Shown here: piece after piece, positions 42,716 through 55,885 of the stretch
Numbering within the stretch: the stretch's first letter is position 1
Layout of the letters: each line of letters starts with the position of its first letter
Assembly (NCBI RefSeq): GCF_009914755.1
Contig: NC_060942.1
DNA length: 64,000 bases
Reading direction: 5' to 3' (one strand)
Source of the DNA: the human T2T-CHM13v2.0 reference genome, Homo sapiens
Position numbers and translations under genes: made by a program
Notes under the pieces: model-generated
Told to the model about the DNA's origin: nothing
Databases searched by the model: none
What the model saw: the letters and a program-made list of their open reading frames with translations, nothing else

Positions 42716-43913
42716 TATTTGATAGGCAATAGAAAGTCAGAAAAAGTTAAGCAAAAATGTGTAATTCTTCTACCAGAACATAGTTGATAACACAAAATTT
42801 TATGAAACATCAGATTTATAACAAAGTTATTAAGTTATGTAGATATTATTAAGATTATGAAAATAAAGTCCACATAGGCCCATTTATTTGTGAGTCAGCA
42901 CATAAACATAGAAGAATGATTAACAATATAAGCTTGTAGCTTATGCTAAATGTGAGCTGCAATAGATGATAAATTATAGAGGACTTCAGAGAACACTAAG
43001 CTTGCATGGGATCTCAGAAGTTTCACAGGTCAATGCCACTCCATCTGTTGGCTGATTTTTACTAGGTTAATATATGAACAACAACAAAGGTAACATATCA
43101 GTAGGAGTTAAAATTATTTTATTGAATATCTGCCATGTCTGTACCGTTGGATTCTACTAGGTGCCTTACAGCACTTTTGAGTCTTCTATGTACAAAATGC
43201 CTTTCATGAAATAGGAAACTCCAAAGTCAATGGCATGAATATCTGTGGTTCAGATATGTGATGTTTGTTTTTAAAATCTTTATATAGTTTTGTATTCTTT
43301 TTTTTTTTGTTTCCTTCCTTTTACCTTTTTTAAAATGTGCTCTGGGTTTTATCTTAGACTAACCTCTTTAATGTTGCCTTATGTCAGCATTCGGTTGCTG
43401 TGGTTGACAGATCACAAAATGGTGTGAAACTTCATTAGTGTTCTTCATAAATGAAATATTTATGGATGCATCTAGAAAAGTGCTTATGATTTGGGTATTC
43501 ACACAATATTATTTTTCCATGGATCTCTCTAAGAATAATGTGAAAATCCAAAATGTATACAAAATATTAGCTAATATGTATTTCAAAGTAATATATAAGT
43601 AAAAAACTACCAGATGACATTATTGCTTTCATATCTGTAAAAAAGTAATAAATAATTTTTAGTCAGCATTGTAAACATGATCTTCACATCTAAAGCTGTA
43701 TTAATTTAATTAAGAGCTAACTAATATAGTATCCTGAAGTCATTGAGTATTTAAAAACAGAATGTATTCTGACTTGTGGTAAACATAAAATTATTCTCTG
43801 TGAGTCCAAAGATAAAATAGCATTATATATAGAATGCTGAATAATCCTGAGTTTGGGTTTTTTGGTTTTATTTTGTTATTTAGTTTTTTTCACCTTCACC
43901 AGTGGGCTTGTAG

Positions 43914-44245
<332 letters not shown>

Positions 44246-47200
44246 AGTCTTGTAGTTCTCATGTGCACCTGGGTTTTCATTTTTAGGTTCAGGATTTTAA
44301 AACTTTAACGTGGTAATTTCTCTAAGATTTTCTTTATTTTGATAGTTATTTATCAGGTTGCAAATTAAAATTTCCATTTTATTAAAGTCCCGTTTATTAA
44401 TGATTTCATAATGACTTAATATATAATTTAATGAGTGGTACATTCAGTCACCAAATTACAATGTTAACTGAATTTCTTTGTTCTGTGATAACTTTCTTCA
44501 AAACATATTTAAAATTTGAGCTATAAACTGTGAATCCATTGAAAGCATCTATACAAAAAATTTAGTTTTAAAAATTTTGTTCATATAATAGCTTTTCTAT
44601 CAGCTGTTAAAACTTCCGATGTCATCTGTTTGAAAACAGAAATGGTTTAGAGCGCATACCAGTAAAATTTGATAGACATTCTTTCTATATCACTGACTGA
44701 ATCTCGCTTGTTGATATTAAAACATGGGATTATAGCAATGCATAATTAATAATATATTTTTCATTTATATCGCACTTTGCAGATTAAATGTTTTCAAACC
44801 TATTAATTCACAAGCAAATTAAAGAAGACACTATGTAAATGTAAACATTTTTGGAGAATTAGATAGTGATATTTATAGTGATATTTATTAGTTCAGTGAC
44901 TAATAAAGTTCTAACTCCAAGATAAAACCCAAACCTTCTTATTCATCATTGATTATTTTTTATATCTAGCTTTTAACCTGTATGTATTTATCCATCTGTG
45001 TATGCATGTACACATACATACACACATACTTAAAACATCCACTTACCCTGTTCCGTAAAGGAGTTTAAGCAGCTTTGAAAGTGATCATCAAATGTAAAAA
45101 TAGTGAGGAAATTGAGGCAAAGGAAGAATAGGAGTAGGAAAGCAAGACAAGGCCAACATGAGAATAGAAGTCCTCTGTATTTGCCAGAGGTGAGCCATAC
45201 ATTTGTGTCTAAACTTTTTAGGGGCCAACGTGCAAAGAAGAGTTGACTTTTCTGAACAGTCACACTGTTCAACTCTTCTATTATGCAATTCGTGTCCAAC
45301 TCTATAAAAATCTATCCTATGAACAGTGTGACTGCCCTAGAATAGTCTGTAGCTGTCTGTAGGACTGAGGTCAGCATGAAATTGCAGGTTCTCATAGAGA
45401 AGACATAAAATATGTGTGTAGTTTATAAACCAGGTAGTTTTAGAGATTCCGTGACTGTCAAGAACATGCTAGGAAGGAGCTCACACAACTGAATATTAAA
45501 TAAGGTACATTCAGTGCCTAGTAGCTGAGAGAACTGAGGACACAGATAGGAAGGTGAAATTTAGAAACATGCAGAGTACTTGCTCCCTGTCAGGCACTGG
45601 GGAGAAGAATGATCTCAGAGTACTGTTCCCAGACTACCTTCAAGAGAATGACCTGATTTCTAGGATCCACATGACAGCCACTACAGCTGACTTTCCTGAA
45701 GCCTGGCAATTTCATAGCCTCCCCCGGTGATTCTTATGAACACTAAACTTTGAAAACCAAGTACTCTAGTAATCCAAAATCAAGAAAAACAAAACCTGAG
45801 TCATTGTTCTCTGTGGCCATGTTGTGTTATGTAAAACCTTAAGTCCTTGGATGTTTATTCATTTATATATTGAATAAACTCAGAATTTCTAAGGAAATGC
45901 CTGAAGATATTCCTTCATCCCATGCATTCCAGAGATACACCATGAGCTTTTAAAGACTTGATCTTAGTGCCACAGAATGCCTGCTGATGACTTTAAGTGC
46001 AAACTTTCATTAATCAGGTTTTATCTAAAACTCAGCTGAGAAACACAGAGCACTAAGAAGCTAGTTTAGAATACATGTGGTCCATTTATTCCTCAGAGTA
46101 TTCTAGTTTACATCCCTAGATTGGGTGAAACCATCCAAGAGCTGCATGTTTGGCCTAGGCTGTCTGTTCTCCTCCGGGGTTTCCTTGCCCATGTTCCTCT
46201 TCAGCATTAGGCCTGCCATTTGCATGGAGCCACCTTTCAAGGGAGTGCATAAGAACATGGTGGCCCCGTTATCGCAGGGCTGTCATGTTGATGTCACTCA
46301 GTACATTGTTTAGTGTCCCTTCTACGAAGACTCAATCGAGACATTTCTTTTAAATCTAGATGACAGCCCGTTTTTGTTTTCCTAAGGAACCTAGAATGTG
46401 GGTTTTGTTTGTTTGTGTTTGTTTGTTTGTTTTTCTCGTATAACCGGTGTTAATTTTAAAATTTGCCTTGGGCATTAAGCAGTTCAAAGCCAAAGTCCCT
46501 GCTTATGTCTAGGAAGTTATGGCTTTTGTCTCCTGTATTCCTTCCCTCATAATCATACCTTCAGCTTTGTCTTTTTTGTCTTTTTACTGTATTCTAGAAG
46601 CTTCCCTAAGTCCTTTATGTTATGTATGTGTGTGTATGTATTATGTATGTGTATATGTACCTAAGTACATATATGTGTGTGTGTATATGAAATACACGGT
46701 TTTATTTCAAAAGCCATGAAAGTAAAAATCATTGTGAGAATATTATCAGCTATGATTATTTTCTACAATAAAAAAGACATTTTTTGTATTAACTGAAATA
46801 CTTTAGCTCTTCCTGGAGTTGTTTACGTAGCTATAGATATTTTTCTGTAATAAATCCAGTAAAAGTTGTAAAAATCACACACTATTAACTAGCTGTATTA
46901 ATGTTATAGTCATAGCTTTAAATATTTCCTAATAATTCACATTTCACTTTCTGGGATATTAATAATATAGTGTCATCTACTAATAATACAAGAAAATTAC
47001 TTAGATTTCAGTGCCCTTGAAAAAATGTAGCACACACATCCTTCAAAACACAGTTATACAAAATAGTTCTCCTGTCAGATGTTTTATCACTGTAACAAAT
47101 ATGGCTGTATTATTTTATAGGAATCAAACTGCATCCATTTTAAATCACAAACGTATTAGCCACAAGACTGCTGCAGCACTGAATTAGTTTTATGTTTATA

Positions 47201-49082
47201 AATGAGCAGAATAGGAAGCACAATAAGGTAACATTTAAGAAATGAATCTCTGTTGGTTCTTTCCCAGCTGGGCCTTGGCTTTGCCTTCATACGTCTCCTC
47301 GGTGATCTTCAAAAAGGCATCATCTAGCACTCTAGATAATTATTGTTAGAGGGTTCTGAGTAATTTACATTTAATTGCCTGGACTATAAATAATACAGCA
47401 TCCTCAGTTAAAAATACCCTAGACGCCAAGAAAGTAGAACTGACTCCTTTCAAGGCTTGGGAGGATAAACATCACTGAAATTTCTTCAGAATTCCTTGTT
47501 AAAATTCCTTTGCAAGTTGCCACGTTACTGAACTCAGATCCCCTTGTGAAGTCCCTCACGCAGAAGACCAATCAACACGGAGTGTGCCATGCTTGACTCA
47601 GTTGGATTATGTGTCTTCCTTTGGTCACTGGATCAATGCTGACTGGTGTTACACTACTTAGTGTGCTGCAGCATCATGAAACGTGAAGGCGTAGAGCAGT
47701 ACTTGCGGTGTGTTCTGCACAGATGCTACTGAGTCCAGAGAAAAGCACTCTAGAATCTGTATGTGTGATACGCACATGTTCCAAAAGGAATGCTTGTTTT
47801 TTATTTGGCAAAAGTATTCTTTACTAATGTCAGAATAGAGAGGTTTAAGCTCTTGGAAGCTACTATCAAGGCTCCGTTAGAAATGAAGATAAAATACTTC
47901 TACAAATATAATGTACTTTGTAAGTTTACGGTGATTGTATTATGATCTTGAGGTCTGGTAGTGGCGTAATGCATGACAAATAAAGGATTAGGGTTTTTTT
48001 TTAATGAAATTGTAAGTCATAAGAGATTTTAGGATTTCTTCAGAGCAAAAATTAGATATGCCTCTAGACGTGATTTTTGGTCACTTAAAACTGCACAGTC
48101 GTACATTATATGCACGACTGCACATTATAAGTAGCTTAAAACTGCACATTATAAGTAGCTTGAGGAAAGGGGCTTTCCCCTTCATTTCTTTTATAGCAAC
48201 TAGTAGAGGACTCCAACTAGCCAAAGACCATATGTCCCAGCATTCCCAGATAGGTCCTTATTTCACTCACTTTTATTGTTTTAAGTTAAGGCAGTTTATT
48301 TGATGTATAACCAAGAATGATTTAATTTTATGGTTTTCAAAGACTTGTCAAATAAATTCACAGATTCAAAAAAAAAAAAGATCCTTTGTTGGGCTCTGTC
48401 CCAATTTTTAGTTTAAAAAAATATACGCCCTCAATGTAGCCACTCAGTTCAGTAACTGTGCTTGAATAATGACACTAGCTATGGCGCTTCATGTGTTTAG
48501 TCCTTAATTTCATCCTAATAAATGGCATCAGTTCTTTCGCTTAAGCAGTGACCTTACTGCATTATTTTTATAGAATTACAAGTTGTAAAATTTTGATTCT
48601 ATAAAAGACCTTCTGTTATGACTTACTGCCTCCTGTCCTTCATTTTAAAAACAGGCAAACTGATGAGCTTTTTTTGTGCTGACAATCAGACCAAAGTGAA
48701 GCCCAGCTTTCCTGAACAGATCTCATCCCTGCTCTGTGCTCTTCAGAGTGGGGTGTGCACTCTTACACAGGCTTACACGTGTCAGGGGCACACATGGAGT
48801 TCAGCCATCTCATCAGAGGATGAGCTGACCATTGCTGAGTTCCAAGCCCAGGCCTCTTCCTCTCCATCCTTCATCTCATTTTCTCTCTATGGCATCTCTT
48901 TCTCAGCCTGGAAGTGTATTTTGTTCTCTTGTAAAAACCCTTCCTTCTCTCTGCATCTTCTCCACCTACTGTCCAGTCCATCCTTCTCCAGGACAAGGAG
49001 TTTACACTTCATCCAGTTTGTCACCTCTCCCACTCTCTTCATCTACTGGAATCTGATTTTTGCCCCCACTGGTTTTCTAAAG

Positions 49083-49109
<27 letters not shown>
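49083..49109. repeat. (TC)n microsatellite
   Basis: Directly visible. Confidence 0.9.
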
Positions 49110-49114
<5 letters not shown>

Positions 49115-49163
49115 TTTGGCTACAAGCAATCTTTGATTACGAAATGCTTTTCAGTCTTTAAAG

Positions 49164-50492
49164 TAGTGGTTCTCAAACTTTTTGGTCTCAGGATCTCATC
49201 AAAATTGAAGACCTGAGTTTTTGTTTATGAAGGTTGTATCTATATTTTCATCTTTTAAAAATTAAAACTGAGCATTTTAAAAATATTGATTTATTTAAAA
49301 TAAACTCATTTTGCATTGATGTAGAAATATTTTATGAAAAATACTTTCCAAAATGAACAAATATTGAGAAAAGTAGCCTTGCTTTACATTTGTCAGATCT
49401 CTTTACTGTCTAGAAGACAGGTGGAATTTAATATCTATGCATGTCTTTCATCTGTTGCAGTATATTGTTTTGGTTGGAATATATGGTCAGAATTTAAAAA
49501 TCTGCTTGCGCAGACGTGTAGTTGAAAAGTGAGGAATGTTTTAATAGCCTTTTCAGGTAATTTTGTATCTTCTTGGGCACTACACCAAAACTCAACATGT
49601 GATTGTTTTTTAAAGGTTAGTTGCAGTATGGAATCTGCAGTCACATGAACTTTACTGTTATATTAAATCCACCAGTGTATCTTGCACTTTGAATGGGTCT
49701 TTCACCTGCCTGTGATTTTGTAACATTATGCACTGGTCTTCGGAGAATGTTGGTCCACTGAGTTATGTTGTCTCTCCATATATGGTCACTTTGCATTTAA
49801 CAATATTAAAATAGCACATTTGCTAATATTACTGCTGATCTCCTCAAAAAAGTTAGTTTTGAGAAGCCAGATACAGGCTTCCAAAATTCTTATTTTTACT
49901 TAAAAGCTTGAATTTATCGTTGGCAATAAATCTTGTCAGTTGTTTTCCTGGAAAGGCTTAACTTTGTTCATATTCAAGAAAGTATCTCCCAAATAACTGT
50001 AGTTTTTCTCTCAGTTATGCTTTCAAGTAAATGGTGTTCGATGAGAAAAGCAGCTAGTTCATTTTGCAAGTCAATCTGACGAGTGTTTTTCTCCAAGACA
50101 ACCATGAGATTTCAGTATACAGAAGTGCTTTGTGTGTACTTTCCACTTTGTCACACTGAATATTGAAACAATGTGTACTCAAGGGTTGAAATTTAATTGA
50201 TTAATAACTTTTTCATCATGGATATTCTGAAGTGAAACTGTTCTGTTGTTTTGCTCACTGCCAGCGTGGCAGTGAAGAATATAGCAACTGCTAAACTAGT
50301 ACGTGTCAGTGCCCCTGCCTTGATTCGGGTTAAAGTGCCAGCAGTTTTACCCACCATTGCTTTTGCACCATCAGTGCAAAGTCAACACGATGAAAAGGTC
50401 AAATAATACCTCAGTATTTTTATGAAAATTGTTTTGATCTCATAGACTTCTCAAAGGAAAGGCATCTGCAAACCACAGTTTGAGAACCACTG
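49164..50492. mobile_element. Charlie1a-like hAT transposon (~1.3 kb)
   Basis: TIRs tagtggttctcaaac / gtttgagaaccactg; start tttttggtctcagga; ccaccattgcttttgcaccatcagtgcaaa. Confidence 0.85.
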
Positions 50493-50919
50493 ATGTAGTG
50501 AAATCCTTTTGCACAGAATCATGAAACATATTTTTTCTTTCTTAAAACTCGTTATTTTCTGCATCTCCCATATCCCAAAGTGATAACCTTTCCTACAATC
50601 CAGTACCTGGAGAGAAGGTAGGCTAGATTTCAGGAAAACTAAGGCTACGTTTCCTGTAGCTCAATAGAAATCCTGAAACTTCTACTTATTTTAAAGGACC
50701 ATTAACTTTTCTTGGGATTCCTGACTGTCCTCAAATTCCAGTGCCACTGATTCCAGAAGGGGACCTCCTTAAGGAACCATGGGCATTTGATGTTAAATCA
50801 CCATGGTACATAATACTTGGTAGCAAATCTGCCTATTGTTTTGAGGTCATGTTATAGATGACGTCCTCTTAAATGTGTCAGGCTTGCATTCTTGAAGTGC
50901 CATTCTCAAATTCTGTAGG

Positions 50920-51265
50920 CTCAGGGCCCATTAGTCTTTTTTCTTTTCCTTTAATAAGGCCAAGCTTATTCCTACCTCAGAACTTTTGTTGTTGCTATTT
51001 CCTCTGCCTAGAAGGCACCTCCTCCAGATATTGACGAAGCCAGCTTGGTCTCACCGTTCAGGTCAACCTCCTCTGACCTCCCTATGTATAATAGCCTCCT
51101 CGCCATCACTCTCACATTATTACCCTTTTAGCTTCACAGAATTCTATAATCTTCACTCCTCTTGTTTATCCTTTTTTTACTCATTAGGCCCTTAAGAACA
51201 GGGAACTTCTCTGATAATTTCCTATTATAGTCCCAGCAACCTTAACTGTTGAATGATGAATGCAG
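50920..51265 (+). mobile_element. L2 3' fragment
   Basis: tttcctctgcctagaa...ctcaccgttcaggtc...tgttgaatgatgaatg. Confidence 0.6.
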
Positions 51266-51529
51266 AGACCCTGTGCCTGCACTGAGGATTAAAGAGCCTG
51301 CTCCTAGAACAGAGAGCCAGGGCGCACACTCCCGTACCTCTTCCTCACACCCTCTTCCTCACCTTTGTTACCTTGGCTTTCCCTTCTCTAGTTGACAGTT
51401 ACCTCTCCCCATCCTAAATGTCATCTCATCTGTCGATTCTAAGGTTATCTTACAGTTTCTTCTCAGCAACCCTAAGCATTTGTGTTTAGCTTGCTTTTGT
51501 GTCTTTGAAACAAAATTCTCAAAGATACA

Positions 51530-51718
51530 GAATATATATAATTCCCTAAAATATGGAATTTATATATGAAATCTTAAGATATATACACACGTGATGTATA
51601 TATCTTAAGCTACATATATACTGTATATCTGTATTATATCTTAAGATATTTATATGCACACTATATGTATATACACATGCACATATACATATATGCATAT
51701 ATACACTATGTATATAGT
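51530..51718. repeat. TA-rich low-complexity tract with internal palindrome
   Basis: Directly visible. Confidence 0.85.
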
Positions 51719-51751
51719 CTGCTTTTTCAAAGATTTAAGACTCTAAGTGAA

Positions 51752-52130
51752 TAATTTTCAACCTCTTTAATCTTAGGACCCCTTTAAACTCTTAAAAATT
51801 ATTGAAGAGCCCAAAGAACATTTGTTTACAGTGAGTTATAACTATCAATATTTGCCATATTAGAAATTTAAACTGAGAAATTTTAAAATTATTTATTTTG
51901 TTTAAAAACCCATTATATGTTAACATAAAAATACTTTTATGAAAAATGATGTTTGCCAACCTCTTTGATGTCTGGCTTAACATAAGTCAGCTGAATTATC
52001 TTATCCGCTTCCACCTGTGATATCTCAGATCATGTAAAATCTGGAAAACTCAGCTATGCATTTGTGAGAAAATGAGAGTGAAAAGGGCAAATAACATCCT
52101 GGTGTCAGTGTGGACACTTGAGAAGCACTG
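51752..52130. mobile_element. Charlie1-derived MITE (MER119-like)
   Basis: ggacccctttaaactcttaaaaattattgaagagcccaaaga...tctggaaaactc...atgagagtgaaaagggcaaataac...ttgagaagcactg. Confidence 0.75.
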
Positions 52131-52139
52131 CTCTCAGCT

Positions 52140-52290
52140 GTCCCTGTGGGACTGCCTCTGGTGAGACAGCGAATTCCAGGTGGTGAGGGCTCCCGCCTTT
52201 GCCACACCCAGCTGTGCAGTCTGGAGCACATCACTCGACTTCAGTTTCCTCCTGTATGAAACAAGGGGCTCTTGTGCCTGCTAACCTTGG
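52140..52290 (+). mobile_element. MIR fragment
   Basis: cttcagtttcctcctgtatgaaacaagggg. Confidence 0.55.
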
Positions 52291-52678
52291 CAACATTCAA
52301 CTCCAAAATATTAAAATTTTTGCGTAGCAGCTACTTTTCTCGTGACTGACTTACAAATATATGATTACCAACCATTGTCTTACAATACTGAAACATGTTA
52401 AAATATATACATCTTAATGCAGGGCTATATGAATGCTGCAGCTTCTTTGATGCCTTCCTAAAAATTCTTTGAAATAATTACTCTCAAACGTAATCCTACA
52501 CTAAGACTATTTAATGAACAAAGAACTCAATTAATATGGAAAGTAAATCACATGTTTTAAGAAAAACAAGGAGTTCCTATTTTGTTTAATGCTATTTTTG
52601 TATCTGATGAAGTTTTATGGAGAAAAACGTTTAAGTGGAAACCAAACGGATAGTTTTTTAAAAGCATATTACCTCTCT

Positions 52679-53175
52679 TACATTCAGACAATGGAATATT
52701 TTTCAGCACTATTAAAAAATTAGCTGTCAAGCCATGAAAAGACATGGAGAAATGCATATTACTAAATGCATATTACTAAATGCAAGAAATCAATCTGGAA
52801 AGGCTATCTATTATATGATCCCCAGCTATATGACATCCTGGAAATGGCAAAACTATAGTCAGAAAAAGATTAGTGGTTGCCAGAGGTCGGGGGAGAAAGG
52901 ATTTTCAGGGTAGTGACACTATGTTATATGATACATATGATACTCTAATGGTAGATGTATGCCATTATACATTTGTCAAAATCCATAGAATGTACAAAAC
53001 CAAGAGTGAACGCTAATGTGAATGATATGTAAATTTATCAGAAAGCTGTCACCCTGGTGGAGGATATTGATAGTGGGGGAGGCTGTGTGTATGCAGAGGT
53101 AGGAGTAATATAGGAACTCTCTCCTCATTTTGCTTTGATTTTAAAACATCTCTAAAAAATAAACCGTATTTTTAA
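52679..53175 (+). mobile_element. L1MC1/2-like 3' fragment
   Basis: cagacaatggaatatt...caagccatgaaaagacatggag...acatttgtcaaaatccatagaatgtacaa...ctctaaaaaataaa. Confidence 0.85.
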
Positions 53176-53479
53176 AAAAGCATATCATCCACTCAGTATA
53201 CTTATTAAAGAGATGAAAAATCAATAGAAACTTCAGTCATATTTAATGTTGATATTTATAACACTATATGGTGTTTATCTTTAGAACTGAAAATAAAAAT
53301 GAAAATATTTTAACTGACTGGTTTTTAACATATAAATGGCTAATCTTAGTACCCAATTCCAAAATTAGAAAAAAACAAGCCACTCAACAAATAGGAATCA
53401 AAAAATTGAACTTGTTCAATTTAACAAAGTAAAATAATTTTTAAGCACTTGTGTGACTTCTCTGAAAATTTCCAATTCA

Positions 53480-53760
53480 TTCAATTCTTCGTTTGTCTGT
53501 GCTGTGTGCTATGCTGGGCCTGTCAGGCAGTCCCTGCCCTAAAGGGCCTTAAAGTTGGCTTGGCAGAGACAGAGAGATCAATCAGTGAGCTGTCACAAAC
53601 ACTATGAGAAAAGAGTGTCCAGGACACACAGAAGAGACCCAGTGCCATGATAAGAGGGACACAAAGGAGGGAGCTGGCAGTTTTGCATAGAGGAAAGGAG
53701 AACTGGTAGTATTTTTAGCAGAGTTTTCAAAGATGAGTAGATGTTTGTCAGGCAGATATA
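53480..53760 (-). mobile_element. L2 fragment, antisense
   Basis: ttcattcaa...gtgctatgctggg...cagtccctgccct...aagatgagtagatgtttgtcaggcaga. Confidence 0.55.
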
Positions 53761-54309
53761 TCCTTCTGACTCCAAAATCTATGCTTATTTTTATATATAA
53801 GAATGACTCTCATTGAACGAAATACTAATTAAACACTATTGTGAATCGCTGACTAATGAATCAATGATTACTTTGCAAAAATTACAGTGTGTATTCTTTT
53901 ACATTGCATATTTCATGGCAAAGAATGAAGAAATTCTCAAGCACTATGTGCATAGAACTGAACAATGCATGTAATGACTCAACTACTTTGGCTTTCCAGT
54001 AGATATTAAAGACATTAGTAGTGGCATGGAGGGTACTAACTTTAAAGGACTTGGGATATAATTTTCTCTAATTTACTTAAGATGTTACTTCTATATTCAC
54101 AAGTAGAAATCCCTCTAAAATCATTGACATTAAAATTTAAAGTGTTTAATACTGTTTTTGCTGGATTTAACTGATTAACTTTTAGTTGACCTTTGTCGGA
54201 AGTTATGTTGGTATTTACATAGAATAATATGCTTTATATTAAAACACTCATTCACTTGTGTCCTCTAAATGAAATTATTTCTTACTAACAGTTGCCTCTA
54301 TTAAATGTA

Positions 54310-54680
54310 GAGAACTGTGGCATACCATACAGCCATTAAAAAGATTGAGGTAAGCCATTTCTACTGACATGGAAAGATGTTAGCAAAAGAGAAATTTTAA
54401 AAGAAGCTAGCAATATTGCAGAAGAGTATGTAAAATAAAATCATTTTTAAAAAAGAAAACTATATGTGAAGATCAATATTCATACCTATACAGGTATATA
54501 TATGAAGAGAAAAAGATCTGGAAAGACACACCCCAAGCTATGACTGGTGAATACTGGGGGTGATGGGAGGGAATTATTGGTAAAGAGTTACGTTCACTTC
54601 TTAACTGTTTTTCTATGATAAATCATCTGTGTTTCTCTTTTCAATGAGTGTGTGTTTCTTTAAAATTGGATATATATTAG
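54310..54680 (+). mobile_element. Old L1ME-like fragment
   Basis: taccatacagccattaaaaagattgagg...tactgacatggaaagatg...gatctggaaagacacacc. Confidence 0.6.
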
Positions 54681-55606
54681 AATAATGCAAATGAAAGAAA
54701 TAGTAAAAAGTGTCATTGGGGAAACGTTATAGCTATAACACAGATAAGATTTAAAAAATTCAAGGTAAAATAAGTGTTTAAACTTTTGAACTGAATGAAA
54801 AAACTAATCTAGACAGAACAGTTAAAAGTCTGCATTTTCAGAGATAGCTTACCTTTTCTTAAACTTCGTTATTATGTAGACAGACTGATTGATTTTGCTT
54901 TTCAAGTGAAAAGCTGAATCAGCTCTGTTCACCTAAATGGGCACTTAAAATCTAGTAAGGAAATGAACACTGTCTACTTTAGAACAGTGCATGAGCTCAT
55001 ATTTTAAGAAACTCCTCCAAATCTGTGGTTTGTTTTTATCCCATATGGTGATTACAATAATGGGATGTAAAGTAGCTTCAGTCCTAAATTCCAGTAAAAT
55101 TCTTAAGTTAGGTCTCATTTTATAGAATACATTTCATGATAAATAATTATAGATGTTACTTCTATATTCACAAGTAGAACTCCCTCTAAAATCATTCTAG
55201 TCCAGTTTGTCTATCCTAAAATCTCCCAGACAGGTGGCTGTCTTTTAATGCTAAAGTTCTTCATATTAAAACAAAAAACTTGACCTTCCAGCAGTATTCC
55301 ATTTCACTGTATAACAGGAGGAATATTTAATTTTCAGCCTGTTTGAAATGCTACAGAAAAGTGTTTCAGACCAAATCCCTATTATATTAGCAAATTTAGA
55401 TGGAAGCTATAAAATAATTTGCAATTATTATCAGGTTTATACTTGTAAATTGTAAGTATTTGAAAATATATAAATTTAAAATATTCTGAGCATTCATTTT
55501 CCTTATGTATTAGCATGTTATTAGTTGACACTTATTTGCCCTAGGAAAATAGCAAATTAACTACATCTTATTTAATCTCTCTGTAGTATATATTCAGAGA
55601 TGCAGA

Positions 55607-55608
<2 letters not shown>

Positions 55609-55647
<39 letters not shown>
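55609..55647. repeat. (GAT)13 trinucleotide repeat
   Basis: Directly visible; sits at the tail of the adjacent MIR. Confidence 0.97.
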
Positions 55648-55654
55648 AGCTGAT

Positions 55655-55885
55655 ACGGTTTGCATGCACCTACCAGTGTTTACTATGTGTCAGGCACTGT
55701 TTTAGGTACTTCTGTTGCATTAACTCATTTCAACCACACAATACTTTAATAAGTACCATTATTGTTCCCCTGTTCCATATCAGGACACTGAGACATAGAC
55801 AAGTTAATGAACTTACTCATGGTTACACAATTAGTAAGTATAGATCCAGGCAATAAGGAACCTGTTTCTCAGCCATTGTACCTCA
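55655..55885 (-). mobile_element. MIR
   Basis: ttactatgtgtcaggcactgtttta...taactcattt...acactgagacatagacaagttaa. Confidence 0.75.

Noticed and set aside
44863-44886. 12-bp tandem atagtgatattt twice
   Set aside because: Ordinary slippage duplication in AT-rich, MIR-like sequence.
48618-49136. 172-aa plus-strand ORF
   Set aside because: Ser/Leu/Phe-rich read-through of pyrimidine-rich L2-like sequence and a (TC)n repeat.
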